DNA of 64,000 nucleotides from Phoronis australis (lineage: Eukaryota > Animalia > Phoronida), in NCBI GenBank assembly GCA_002633005.1, contig NMRA01000043.1, forward strand, positions 726,675-790,674, given 5' to 3'. A program made the translations under genes and the position numbers. Shown here one piece after another: positions 28,175-41,335 of this stretch. Every line of letters begins with the position of its first letter. Position 1 is the first letter of the stretch. Below the pieces are notes generated by a model. It was given only the letters and a program-made list of their open reading frames with translations, did no database searches and was not told the DNA's origin.

Positions 28175-30501
28175 CACAATCAAGGTACATATTCGGTAGC
28201 CACTTTGGGTGAAAAATGAAGGTTGTCGTATAACTGTAAAAGCTGGGTTATTTTGAAGTACCATCATTCTAGGTTTGTCATCTAAAATATTTTTGCACAA
28301 GAATCACAGATGATAAAATTTTATGGCCTAATGCATCACAGTTGTATAAAAGAGTACGTACACTACACCTTGTGGTCACAGCCCATTTCTACCATGCAAA
28401 AATTCATAAGGTAGCTGTTAATTTAATAAGTTCTTGATCAAATTGAAGAAGTATCACATACTAAAGTAAGAAAAGTCATTACCGTGCTGATCAAGCTGTT
28501 CTAGATGATGATACATTGCATATCTTCATGAGAACTTCTTCTCTTGCAACATGATTCTTACAAAAAGAAAATGACAAGTAACTACTTTTTTTCAAAAACT
28601 TGATTGGTGCTATTTGCTTAGTTTTCAATACATTCACCTGTTGGTCAAAATAGTTAACGCAATGCTAGGACCTCGCACTGTTCCACTTGTAAACAGTAAA
28701 AATGGTACTGGTTGGGGGGTACGGACACTACGCACAGACAATCAACGTCGAATTTTAACTAAGTTACAAATGTATGGCATGGTCTCGAGTTTTGTGTTGC
28801 CTCTAATTGTTGGTTTGTTGCAAGTTGTCTTGAGAGTTAGAGAACCTGAGTCTGCAACATCAGTTGTCACATGACGTGTCTTCTATGATGTTAAGTACCA
28901 GCCAAGTCCCGTGTGGCATTTTTTGCCCACAAATTTGATAATGTCCATTTTTTTGTTAGACTGGATTCATTTTGGAAATATCAGTATTGTACATGAGAAC
29001 AGCAGTTCTGGCAGTATGTAAAAATACTTATGGGCAATACTTTACAGCACAGAGGTTGAAGGTACGTACACTACACAGGGGTACGTACATTACATTTGAA
29101 TGACTTGTCAGATTTATAAAAAATACTTAGAATCTACTGAGAGTTAGTTCATTTACCAAATCTATTTAAAGAGAACAAATAATAAGTACTGCATACATGT
29201 GCATATCTGTCTGTCATTATTTGAAAACAGGCACATGTTATATTGTAGGGGTACGTACACTACACAAATGTTAATATTTCACTCGAAACAAATGTATTTG
29301 TAATTAACATCCTTTTAACCTGGCATTTTTAAAGGGGGAAACTGTCTGTGTTGCTTACTTACAGTGTAATATTTTTGTTTCATGGTATTTGTTCACATCG
29401 GGGTACGTACACTACGCAGGGGTACGTACACTACCTTTCAATGACATGTCAAGTTTGTAACTAAATACTAAGAACCTACTGAGAGTTAGTTGATTTACTA
29501 TATCAATTCAAAGAGAAAAAATAAAAACACAGCATTCATGTGCATATCTGCCATACTTTGAAAATAGGCACAAATTAAAATATAGGGGTACGTACACTAC
29601 ACAAATGCTAATATTTCACTCAAAACAAATGAATTTGCAATAAACACCCTTTTAACCTAACATTTTTAAGAAAGGAAACTGTCTATGACCAGTGTTGCTC
29701 ACTTACCAAGTGATATTTTAATTTCATGGCATTTGTAAACATGGCGGTACGTACACTACAAAAGGGGGTACGTACACTACATCACCGTTTCTGCATCACA
29801 TAATGTTGTATGGCCATTTATTTTTGTTGATGATAATAAGCACCATGTTATTATTTAAAAGGCAATAATTTCATTTACAATGACCATTTGTGTTACTGAA
29901 TTCCACACGCGGGTACGTACACTACATTTTGTTAGTCTTTTTGGCCCATTTTAACATAGCAGAACCCAGTCAATATCCAAACTTTTGGTTTGTTTAGATA
30001 TTGAATAATTTGCTGTGTTGCTTAGGCTAACAAATTCAGCATTTTTTATTACATAGTGTGATCTTTAGGTTTTAACCTTCTTTACAGTAGGTGAGGGTTA
30101 GAAACATAGAATTTCGCAACGAGTGCCTGTTTTATGATGAACCCTATCATTTCTCAATGATTGAGCCCAATTTCATCTAAGTGATTCTGGAAGTGACTCA
30201 AGCTATTCCCAGTCATATCTAAGCAATAGATTACTTGGTAAAATAAATTTCTTTTCCACTGTTGACAATTGAAAATTGTAATTTTTAAAATGCCCACTCG
30301 TAACGCTAAAAATCCTTGAAATTCATAAACAAAAACATGGATAAATTTCTTAAACATTGTCCGATTTTGATGATTCTTTTTTAATTTGCACAACTAAATA
30401 ATTCTTTGCATATGAGATTCAGTTTGCATTTGGTAAGTGATCAAAAAAAATATATATGAGACCGTAACACAGTTAACTCTCGAATATGGACCTTGATTGT
30501 G
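28175..30501. mobile_element. Non-autonomous CACTA/EnSpm-like (CMC) element
   Basis: TIR CACAATCAAGGT(A/C)CATATTCG at both ends, flanked by AT (2-bp TSD). About 11 same-orientation GTACGTACACTAC motifs and an internal ~335-bp duplication. Confidence 0.75.
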
Positions 30502-30750
30502 ATTTAGCGAACACTCAGGCTTTGCATACCGAAGTCAGCCATTACAGGAATGCTAAAAACAAAAACAGCACAGCTGTTCAGCATGGTAGTGAGCTATTCA
30601 AAGTCGTATTCCTGGGTTATATACGGTCTGTGTTTTATTAAATACGTGATGTGACATGATGTTGTTGTTCGTTTATTATTCTAACTGAGGCTTAATTATT
30701 CCAAATGGATCTGCTCCCTCCAGCGTTGGTCATGTACTCTTATGATTTGT

Positions 30751-31692
30751 CAGTGGCGGACCTAGGATATCGCAAGGGGGCCCAACATTTTGTCCGGCTG
30801 TAAGCATTTGCGCCAACCACGATTGTAGATGCGCATAGCACCGAATGGGGGGAGGTCGGGAGGAGGGTTTGCCCTCCCGCCCAGGAAATTTTTCTGTTTT
30901 TTTCCTCTAAAAATCAAGCATTTTCCTTGATTCCTGAAGCATTATCCAAGAAAAATGGCAAAAAAAAAAAACGGAGAACGTGTCAAACAGGAAAAGTACA
31001 AGGAACCAGAGACTCGAACTCACAACCTGGCGAATACAGCGCGCGTGCTTTACCACTACTAAGAGACCTACTTGTTTATGGTCCACAGCGTTTGCGCGCG
31101 AAACCTACTTCTTTTTGTAATGCTTATTACACGTTTTACATTTTGTGCAATCGGTTCTTAACAAATTTTTGTTGTATTTAAAATAGTCTCCAAATGCCCG
31201 AAAGACCAAATCCGTTTTTCGTGTTGGCAATAATGACGAGATTGCTTCGGAAATCGTCTTAAGTTAAAGTATGACAAAGAGAAAATTATGAGTTTCTCAG
31301 TGATTCACTAAGGCGTCGATTAAAATTCACATCTTACCAGCAGCTTCTGTTTTTTCATCGTCACTCAGGTTCCATTTTCTTTAAAAAATGAAGTAAATTT
31401 TCTTCATTGCACAGTGGAGAAGACGACGGAAACGGAGTCTTAGTGCGCAGCGTCACTGACGGTCGCCTGGGATATCGCGGGAGAGCCTAAACTTAGCCAT
31501 AGTTCCGTTACGAATAAGCCGTGTTCCGAATTTGACACTTGAAATTAAAACTAAAACTGCACACATTTAAATGTTGTTCCATCCGTATAATTTCAATTAC
31601 CGGGGTTAAATAATAAACTCAATATTTCCCTACGCTCTTGCTGTTTTATTTTTTCCGGCAGCCAAGCCGCCCCCCCCCTAAATCCGCCTATG
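30751..31692. mobile_element. hAT-type MITE with 5-bp TSD, carrying a tRNA-derived fragment
   Basis: Ends CAGTGGCGGA / TCCGCCTATG, both flanked by TTTGT. A minus-strand tRNA-like segment lies at about 31000-31060. Confidence 0.7.
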
Positions 31693-32953
31693 TTTGTTTA
31701 TTTTCTTGGGGCTAAACTGTCCCCTGGAATCTATACACCCACATTCTTAACAGGATGACAGAGTATTCACAGAAACATCCCCGAGCCAAATAACCATTTC
31801 CTAATATTGCAACATTGTGATGAATTTCTTATGATCTCCATAAGTTGAACTTAGTGAATCACGAAAACAATCTTAAGCACTGTTCTTAAGGTAGGTGTAT
31901 ACACTGGTCAAATCTCCAGGTTCCTATCTAAAATAAGTATAAAGGGGGTTTTAACTAGTTACAAATGACTCTGAAAGTGAAAAAAAATCGAAAAAAAAGT
32001 TTTTATTGTAGTTCGTTTTTTTTTTTAATCGTATTTTTTTTTTCAAAAAATCCAATTCACCTCGAATTTTTTTTCAAAATGCACAGGGATTATCATCAAC
32101 TGTTTCCTTACGCAATATTCTACTTATCCATACCAAATATATGTACAAAATCATTATAATCTTGATTTTGTGGCTTTTTTGCGTGTGAGTTGGGGCCAGC
32201 ACGCCACTTTCTGTCATTTGGTCACTTTCCGCCTAATAACTAAAAATCTGGTCCATGTATCAAAAAACCCTGGCTAGCGATTTTGCTTCAGTCCTAGAGG
32301 ATTTCAAATTTGCAAATTTCGTAAAAATTGACCCACGCGTTGCGGAAAAATAGGCCCGAGAATCTTGTCACTAACGTGAAATCACGAGCCGAAAAACGGC
32401 ATTGAAGTAAGCGGGCATCGATTGCCACTTGAGGTCAAAATTCGTTCAGAATGCGCGGTCATTATGTTCCAATTTTTGTTGATGTACTAGAAATAAAGCT
32501 GATAATTATATACTTCATGCTTAGAAAATGTGACATACGTGTTTGTTTATAGCGTAATTTTAATCATTTTTGCGAACTTTTGAAGCACGACAGACGACCA
32601 AAACAAATATGGGTGTCACGTGGGCGGAGCTTAGCGTTGATCTATTGTCTGCTGTACTGGTGTGCCGACTACACATCATTAAAACCATGTATTGATTGTT
32701 TATGTAACTCATCTGAACTATCCATTCAGCGTGGTAAAAGACTCCCTAACTGTATTACATTGACCTATTTGTTAGTATTTCTATATTATATGTAGTTACC
32801 GTCTCTTCATCAACCAATACATGTGTTATATTAAATCGCCGCGGTACTATCTACATCAGGGATGAGAAAATAGCACTTTCAGCACAAATAGCGTAGCTTG
32901 GGTGAGATTCTCAAGTTACCAACATTTTTTATATTGCTTTCCACTAAAATCAG

Positions 32954-35703
32954 CAGTGGCGGATCTACGTTTTCAGTAAGGGGGGGGGGGTTAGAATTCC
33001 CGCAAAGGTAGAATCCGAGGCGCGTGGAGCCGAGCGGGGGGGGGAACCCCCCTCCCGTGTAAGACAACTTTTTGTTTTTGTAGCCAAACAGTGAAATTTC
33101 CATGCATCCTGGTACGTTTCTGGCACTTAACATGTCCCTGGAATTTTTCTTAAGATAATTAAAAACCCTTCTCGATTTCGTCACATGAACTTGGCTCATA
33201 AGTTTCGTGAAATCATATTTGTGCACATCTGGGTATGAGTCACACCACCAGCAAAAATTTTTGTTGGAACATCTCCTTACACACACCTTTTTAGCATACG
33301 AAAAAGTGTGGTGTGTATACAGGGGTTTAGACAACTACCAAACATTGAAGAGCATAAGGAGCACCCACGGGGCGTAAAAACTTGAATATCAGATGATCGC
33401 AGCAGCCTCAAGCTGTTTAAGAATGAAGACCTGTACTGTTAGTCCGGAAATAAACATGTGTTCTGTCTCGTCAAATGTATCAGGAAACAAATCATCTGAA
33501 AACAGTTTCACGAAACCAAAACACTCTGTAAGCCTACACCGTGGTGAAAAGATATACAGGAGCAGTTCGTAGAGGGACCAGATGTACACTGAGAGTACAC
33601 GAAAACTCTGGCCTGGTCCGTCACGAGACCAAAAGTACACCTGTGCTTATTATTCCTATAAAAATAGTCGATCTGTCGCGGGACCAAACAGTACTGGCTG
33701 AGATAAATAGTTTTACAAAGCACACTTTGGTAAAAAAACATCACAAGACTACTTCGCCGAGGGACCAGAAGTACACTGAAACTCGATATCTACACAAATC
33801 AAGCTGGCCTGGTCCGTCGTGAGACCTAAAGAGTACTTTGCAAAAATTTTTGCATTGAAAGTTATGGGCAGCGGCCCATAGTTTCTCTCTAGACACGTTT
33901 TAATTCCCAGTGGTTGCTCATACGTGTAGTTTACACATCTGGGCTGAGTTGCATAAAGCTTCAAAAGTTATCCACTGGATAAGTTTGATTGTTGCATGAC
34001 GTCAGGTGCATTGTTCAACAATAACAACGTGATGCGTGATAATGCGACGTCATTGTTGCTATACGGCGTATAACTTTTATGCAACTGGGCCCTGGTGGTC
34101 AACTGCTGCGAGAGGTTGTCAAGGAAGGGTTTTCGCGCCGTTCTGTAGTACTCACTGGAAGAAACAAGTATTGGGTACAGATTTAACTACGCACTACGTG
34201 AAATAAGATTTTGGATATGAAGCAGATAGACTCATGTGGAAATACAAACCAAAATCAGTTTCTGTGCGCTCGTAGACCCTCTGGTGTAATGAGTAAAAAA
34301 TAAAAAAAAATAAATAATTTCTATTTCGTTTTCATTGTACACAAGCATAAAAAACCGACATTATTACAAACTGTGAATAATTATAATTTATTACCTGGGT
34401 GTTTCTCCAGGAACGTTGGTCCTATCTTCCTGCCGTCTAGACTGCCGAGGAATCAGTATATCGGATCCAATGGTTTGCTTGTCTTAGAACCATTCTACCC
34501 AGACATTTTCGACGTTTGTTCCAAACGCTTGCACTTCGTCAACTGTTGTGTCAATGAGCTTGTCCACCTCTACAATGCAGCATCTCGTTTCGCAGCTCAG
34601 TTGGCACTAATCCCCCTGAGGTTACCAAGTCCATTCGAAAGACTTACAGCATGCACAACTAAATTTGTTCTGTTCATCATGGACTACTTCTAACCTTGAC
34701 GATGTATCCCAGGACCTATTTGTATCTCTTGCAATTTTCGAAATCACGTCCCAATGTGTGAACGCTTGAAACCCGAAGTACTAACATCAAATAAATACCC
34801 ATGGGCATGGGCGTTTCGTCGGGTGGGCCTTTCTGCGGAAATTCCCAGTATAGAAAACCTCAGTGGTGCTTATTGCAGGTAGAAAGACGATAGGTGCTCC
34901 TTTTTAAGGCCCATTGAACATCGCACGAGTCCCGCAAGACTTTGTTGTGAAAATAGAGCCTCCCTGCAATTTCTGGTACTGTACACTGTTCGCGAATGCG
35001 GTCACTTTGTTAATATGAGTGCCCCCTTGGTCATTCCTTGTATAGTGATAACTTGTTAGAGTGCCATGATCTTCAAACAGACTCGCGACCACACCACGGC
35101 GCCCGCCACAATAGCAATTCTTCGGAAAACGAGTTTTTTTCAAAAGTATTACATGTACATGTACACTGTATGCTATTGCGCAAGACAACTTTACAATACA
35201 CCAGTCAAATTCGAGTTACAAACGTGTGAGGTGTAATAGGATGACACGGCATGACAGATGAGGTAAAAAAGTTGCCCGTCAATTCGCCTGAATATCAGGG
35301 TTGCGGCACCACAGTATTTCCCCTAATCAAATCAAAACATATCTTAGAGTAAAGAAACTAGTTACCTAAAGAAATCAGCTATAGAGCTGCTTTTTCAGCG
35401 GTGGATCCATCTAAAATGCTTGGCTACTTCAGAAGTGTCATCGGAAGCGCGCGCACAATTGATCTCCGGGGTTTTGCCGATGAGCCACGAAGACTCGAAA
35501 CGCGTTGATTTTCATAACAGCAATTCACAATGCAAAAAATATATTTTCAGTATTTTTTCAAACTTGGTTTACTCGGGGTTTACACACGCTGGCGGTGCCG
35601 TTTTTGTTTTGCTGGAGACGTTTTTGTTTTTTTTTTATTTTTGGGTCCTGGCCCAAGGGGGGGGGTTTAAACCCCCTGAACCCCCCCCGTAGATCCGCCA
35701 CTG
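32954..35703 (-). mobile_element. hAT-superfamily transposon, copy 2 (inverted relative to copy 1)
   Basis: Same TIRs and collinear reverse-complement similarity to 25327-28046. Flanks aaatc(ag) / aaatc. Confidence 0.88.
33942..34091. mobile_element. Harbinger-like MITE nested in hAT copy 2
   Basis: TIR ggctgagttgcataaa / tttatgcaactgggcc with 3-bp TSD CTG; absent from the homologous position of copy 1. Confidence 0.75.
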
Positions 35704-37244
35704 AAATCGTATAACATCATGAGTTTTTATTCAGGGATACGTTTGAATCTATGCATGAGAACAATTTTGTTATGTTGAACATTAGGTCATTCCTCTAATT
35801 CTTTGGGTTACGGCCGGCAGCAAGTTAAAAAATCCCCCGAGTTTGTCAGCCTAGTTTCTCCATGGCGCGTTCCTAGCACAGAAGCACGATTTATCTCCAA
35901 AAACTCTTCTCTGACGGCACGTAGTTGTCCATGTCTCGCGCGCGCGGCGTGTCTTCACAGCGCGTGCATGCACTCTCATCGAATCGTGCCAACACCGCCC
36001 ACGTCGACGCTCGGCGTCCTCTCGCAAGACACCTCACCTTTCGGACTTCTCTTGCACACGCACAATTTCTGCACTGATTCCTAAGCAGTGATGGGAGTGC
36101 AGTGATGGCTTCGGTAGGACTTGGCGTATTCAAACTTATTTTTTGCAGGACAAACAGGGTCAGGCTGGGAACAGGAGATAGTTCATAAGTTCACCACCAA
36201 CTTTCACATGGTCAAAAATAGGATTATTTTATACTTGGCCTTGCTACAGCATCAATATTAGCTGGTAATGACAACAGCACTCTCGATTGCCCGGTTACGC
36301 AATGTTTGCCAACAGGGTTAGATTAGAGCTAGCGTCCTGGTATAAGCTCGGCCCCACTTGTCAGTCATTGAGCTGGTGAGCACTCAAACCATATGATTTA
36401 CTGAAGCTTGTTCAAATATAAAAGAAACAACTTTCAGAATGATTTTATTTTTCTTCAGTATACTGTGCGTCAAGAATTAAAGATTAGGATGATACAAAAA
36501 TGTAAAAAATAATCAAAATTAATTTTTTGTCTATCCACCTACCTTAACTTAACTCGTCTTGGAAACTGGAGTTCATCAATAGCTGAGTAAAACTTCTAAC
36601 TGCCATAATTTTATCTTTGGGTAAAAAGTATTTCAGATATTCAGATTTTTGAACATTGTATTTGTCATTTGTCACTACCCCTGCCTCCCAAATGCTTTAG
36701 ATACGTACATGGTGTACCCATTTTTGGTGCAATTGCAACCATATACTTTGCAGTATCAAGTGATTTGTACTGGCTTTAGGTTTCACCCCCTATCCATGAT
36801 TTCAAATCAGCTGATCTGCTACCAAATACAAAACACAAGCAGGCACACCAGCTCAGAAGGGTGACTATCTGTAGAATAACAAAATAACAAAGTGCTTCCT
36901 AACTGACCATTTGAAATGGCTTTGATGTACTGATGTAGTAAATTTACACCAACCTCTCTACCATTACATTGGCAGGACCAAAACATCATGCCAATGTAAA
37001 AAGGGGAAAAATTGCTGTGAATGGACCAGTCGATTTCAGAAACGATGTTACAGTAACACAAGGTGTTTTATGTATTCGCTACAGTGTTTCTTAAAATGCA
37101 AAAGTGGAAAACTTGCAAGTTCGTCAACTCAGAGAGATTCTTAAAGGAAACTGAGAAAGTATTTTAGACTGAACAAGGCTCATAGTGTCTTCAGGAACTG
37201 AGGAATGAGGCTTACTAGTACTTTCTTGGCTAAAGACATTCTGT

Positions 37245-39191
37245 TTATTCCAACTTTGTCAAGCTGTACATTTTGGTAACGAACAAAAAACATGAAAAAA
37301 ACCCAACAGGTGCCATGGCTAAGAAGAAGATAAAAACGAATAAGATGGTATAGCCAAAGTAGATAATGATGCTGGACACTTCCTCAAACTCCAGCTTGGA
37401 GACAAAGAAGTATATACTGTATAAGAAAATATAGAAGGCAGAGAAGCCAGCAGTGATAAAGGAACGCCACCACCATCGGTAATCTTCTGCACAAAGCTGA
37501 AAGTAACACAGCAGAATGGTCGTCTCAGAAGTTGTGATCACACACATGACGAACGTAAGCAGTAAGTAGCCAAACATGTTGTACGTTCGATGACCCCAAG
37601 AACTCGTGAAAATGAAGCATACTTGAATGAAAATGCACCCAAAAGGAAGAAATCCACCTACGATAATTCCTGGTAAGTAATGTGTTGTCCATGAGATTTT
37701 GATCTGACGAGGAATCGTATTGGTGGGAACTGGATGCTCAATGGGAGTGCACTTGAAGCCAAAGTAGGCTCCAATGAATGTGAGGGGCACAGAAACACAG
37801 AGCCAGAGAGCTAGCAGGACAATAATGGTACCACATGGCACTGCAGCACTACTCTGTTCACTCCTGAGTAATAAATTATTAATGAAGAAGACACCAAATA
37901 TTATCCCAGGCACAAGTAAAGCTGTCAACAGAAAGTTACTTTTCCACTTCTCACCACCAAAAGTCTTGTAGATTCTTGCAGCTGTGTAGCCTGCTGAAGT
38001 CCCAAACACCACATAGAAAACAAGTGCACAAGTCCCGAGAGCACCTCGGTTAGCAAGAGACAAGAGGCCCAAACACGCAAACACTAAAGTGATAACAAAC
38101 GTGCCTAAAATCTGAGTGCCACTTCCAATGACTGCTGAGAGCAGCATCCCTTTGTTGGGTGGGCGGAAAACATCACCACGAATTAACTCCCAGCCAAACT
38201 CTCCCTGGACACCCTTGGAATGGTCACTTTGGTTGAATCGTACTATTGCTTTGCTGACAGAGCGCAGGATGATAGCGGCCATCAAACCTGAGAGGAAGAC
38301 TATAGTGATCAGCGAACTCATAATGCTGATCCACTGGACCTTAACAAACCCAGGCAACAAGTGTAGTATGTTGTTCCATCGATAGAACCACTTGGTCAAC
38401 TTGTTTTCCTTGAAGTAGACAGAGTATGTGTAAGTCACCTTGACTTGTCCTTTATCCTTACCCGATATACCAAGCGGACCCTTACTCTTGTCACACCTAT
38501 TGCTTTTTACGAGATAAGTGTGATTGATGCTTCTGGGTACAACTTTGATGGAGACAAGTTGGCTACCATTCAAGACACTAGACTCCACAGGACGATACTC
38601 CACAGTAATGTCAACATGATTGAACAAATAGTAAGTATCCCGCTGGACCATACGGTCATTGATGACACAAGCGTCGTTCCGTATCCCCTTGGCAGTAACA
38701 TAACAGCCAATAGGGTGACCCGGTTCGCAATATTGTGTATTTTCGCCTGCAGTCTCTGCCTCATAACACCAGATGACAGGCATATTGTCAATAATCCAGT
38801 GGTGCAAGTAGTTCAGTTTGACTGCATAAAGTATTTTCTTCAAGTTGTCCTGACCACCCATGTACGTTTTTTCACAGGCCACCTTACAGGTCTCATTCTG
38901 CATAAACGATATATTGTACACTGAATTACGGATTCTTTCTCCAAACACGACCTGGTACAGGTTACTTGGCGCCGCTGTCTTGTCTATGCCACAAAAGTCA
39001 AACCATTCATAGTTATAAGGCAGAGCAGACTTGACAGAATCCAGGTGATTTACACTGAGATGAACTTTCTGATGGCATTTATCCTTAGGTCCCAACCCGC
39101 AGTCAGGAGCAAGTACTGGTAAATAGTAGGGTCTGCAATTAGCAGCTAAGCACATAGCCAGAAGCAAAATGCTACAATTTGCATGCTTCAT
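37245..39191 (-). CDS. TM9SF2: Transmembrane 9 superfamily member 2-like (nonaspanin/EMP70), intronless, 648 aa
   Basis: Single ORF with signal peptide, YYLP N-terminus, HHWIIDNMPV, GHPIGCY, EFGW..RGDVFRPP, ANRGALGT, LCAEDYRWWWRSF, nine hydrophobic segments and a C-terminal KxE motif. The motifs are closest to TM9SF2. Confidence 0.9.
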   Translation of the reverse strand: MKHANCSILLLAMCLAANCRPYYLPVLAPDCGLGPKDKCHQKVHLSVNHLDSVKSALPYNYEWFDFCGIDKTAAPSNLYQVVFGERIRNSVYNISFMQNETCKVACEKTYMGGQDNLKKILYAVKLNYLHHWIIDNMPVIWCYEAETAGENTQYCEPGHPIGCYVTAKGIRNDACVINDRMVQRDTYYLFNHVDITVEYRPVESSVLNGSQLVSIKVVPRSINHTYLVKSNRCDKSKGPLGISGKDKGQVKVTYTYSVYFKENKLTKWFYRWNNILHLLPGFVKVQWISIMSSLITIVFLSGLMAAIILRSVSKAIVRFNQSDHSKGVQGEFGWELIRGDVFRPPNKGMLLSAVIGSGTQILGTFVITLVFACLGLLSLANRGALGTCALVFYVVFGTSAGYTAARIYKTFGGEKWKSNFLLTALLVPGIIFGVFFINNLLLRSEQSSAAVPCGTIIVLLALWLCVSVPLTFIGAYFGFKCTPIEHPVPTNTIPRQIKISWTTHYLPGIIVGGFLPFGCIFIQVCFIFTSSWGHRTYNMFGYLLLTFVMCVITTSETTILLCYFQLCAEDYRWWWRSFITAGFSAFYIFLYSIYFFVSKLEFEEVSSIIIYFGYTILFVFIFFLAMAPVGFFSCFLFVTKMYSLTKLE

Positions 39192-39602
39192 CGTCGTTGT
39201 TTATGAAAGTTTTAATCCAGGATGTTCATACTGATTATACCCAAAAGTCAGAGTGCCGCTAGGAACGATAGCTCATCAGAACTAACTCCAAAATAAAAGT
39301 CCAAACAGTCGAAATTCAGAGATTCTGGAACTATAGCAATACTGCCACGACCACCATGACGGACCTACTCCTTCTGAAAATTCACGCTAAAACCCAATTA
39401 GATTTGTTTATTGAAGCGCAAGTTTATTAACTACATCCATTCCCTGCCAACACAATAGAGAGCCAGCCGGCTGGCATCATAACATTCTCCAACTGAATAG
39501 ACTCTACTTGTGACCTTTTCTTTGACCCGGATCTTCATATGGAAGACAATAACCCGGATCTTAAAAAGGAGGACAATCAGAAACCTCTTGTATGGTACTA
39601 AT

Positions 39603-41335
39603 AGCGGAGTTGCAACCGAATCGATTTAACGATTGTGCATGTCCGGAAATTAGGGTGCGCAAAGGCTACTGGGATTGTTGATGGTAAACGGGATGACCGA
39701 CTGGTTTGCACGACGTGTAATTTGTGTGCATTAAGCTACGCTGCTGTATGTAATTCTGCCGCTATTCGCCCTAATTAGCGCCCATGGCTCAACAAGTGCC
39801 CCAACGCGTTTTCAGACTTTGCTAAAGTAAGCGCCCAGCCCATGAACTACATGCGAAAAATGCCCTTACCTACAGTTCTAACGTCTCCAATNNNNNNNNN
39901 NNNNNNNNNNNNNNNNNNNNNNNNNNNNNNNNNNNNNNNNNNNNNNNNNNNNNNNNNNNNNNNNNNNNNNNNNNNNNNNNNNNNNNNNNNNNNNNNNNNN
40001 NNNNNNNNNNNNNNNNNNNNNNNNNNNNNNNNNNNNNNNNNNNNNNNNNNNNNNNNNNNNNNNNNNNNNNNNNNNNNNNNNNNNNNNNNNNNNNNNNNNN
40101 NNNNNNNNNNNNNNNNNNNNNNNNNNNNNNNNNNNNNNNNNNNNNNNNNNNNNNNNNNNNNNNNNNNNNNNNNNNNNNNNNNNNNNNNNNNNNNNNNNNN
40201 NNNNNNNNNNNNNNNNNNNNNNNNNNNNNNNNNNNNNNNNNNNNNNNNNNNNNNNNNNNNNNNNNNNNNNNNNNNNNNNNNNNNNNNNNNNNNNNNNNNN
40301 NNNNNNNNNNNNNNNNNNNNNNNNNNNNNNNNNNNNNNNNNNNNNNNNNNNNNNNNNNNNNNNNNNNNNNNNNNNNNNNNNNNNNNNNNNNNNNNNNNNN
40401 NNNNNNNNNNNNNNNNNNNNNNNNNNNNNNNNNNNNNNNNNNNNNNNNNNNNNNNNNNNNNNNNNNNNNNNNNNNNNNNNNNNNNNNNNNNNNNNNNNNN
40501 NNNNNNNNNNNNNNNNNNNNNNNNNNNNNNNNNNNNNNNNNNNNNNNNNNNNNNNNNNNNNNNNNNNNNNNNNNNNNNNNNNNNNNNNNNNNNNNNNNNN
40601 NNNNNNNNNNNNNNNNNNNNNNNNNNNNNNNNNNNNNNNNNNNNNNNNNNNNNNNNNNNNNNNNNNNNNNNNNNNNNNNNNNNNNNNNNNNNNNNNNNNN
40701 NNNNNNNNNNNNNNNNNNNNNNNNNNNNNNNNNNNNNNNNNNNNNNNNNNNNNNNNNNNNNNNNNNNNNNNNNNNNNNNNNNNNNNNNNNNNNNNNNNNN
40801 NNNNNNNNNNNNNNNNNNNNNNNNNNNNNNNNNNNNNNNNNNNNNNNNNNNNNAATTGGCTTTTATTGGAAACCACAGTGCAGAGCTCAACATCAAAGCT
40901 TCAAATCGAGTTTATGTCAATAAAAACAGGCTGTTGCAATTTTCATTACTTCGTTGGCCTTTTTCTGCATGTTTCTCAGTTTTTACAAAAGGGGGCAGCA
41001 TATGACGAACTTAGGTGTCACAATAAAATGGCTGCCGAAGGCAGTGCACATTTGAAATAACTCGGCACAAATTAAAGAAAACTTCCGAATCGATGAATGC
41101 GGTATATCTGTGAGAGTTAAATCGAATCCTATTCAGATCATAACTTTTGAAGTGGAATAATTCTGTGAGTACAACAGCAAGTCGGTTTTATGCTTAGGCG
41201 GACGAACATTGGGTTCCCCAGTATAACCTCCCTGTGGCCGGTTCGCCCCCACGCTTGCCGACGTACTTGTTTACCGGCTTAACCACAATGCAACATTCTG
41301 ACCCATTTCCAATATGGCGGCGTTGCAACTCCGCT
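39603..41335. mobile_element. ISL2EU/PIF-Harbinger-like element spanning an assembly gap
   Basis: TIR AGCGGAGTTGCAAC / GTTGCAACTCCGCT flanked by AT; termini related to 45908-47251. Confidence 0.6.
39892..40853. other. Assembly gap (N run)
   Basis: Run of N. Confidence 1.
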
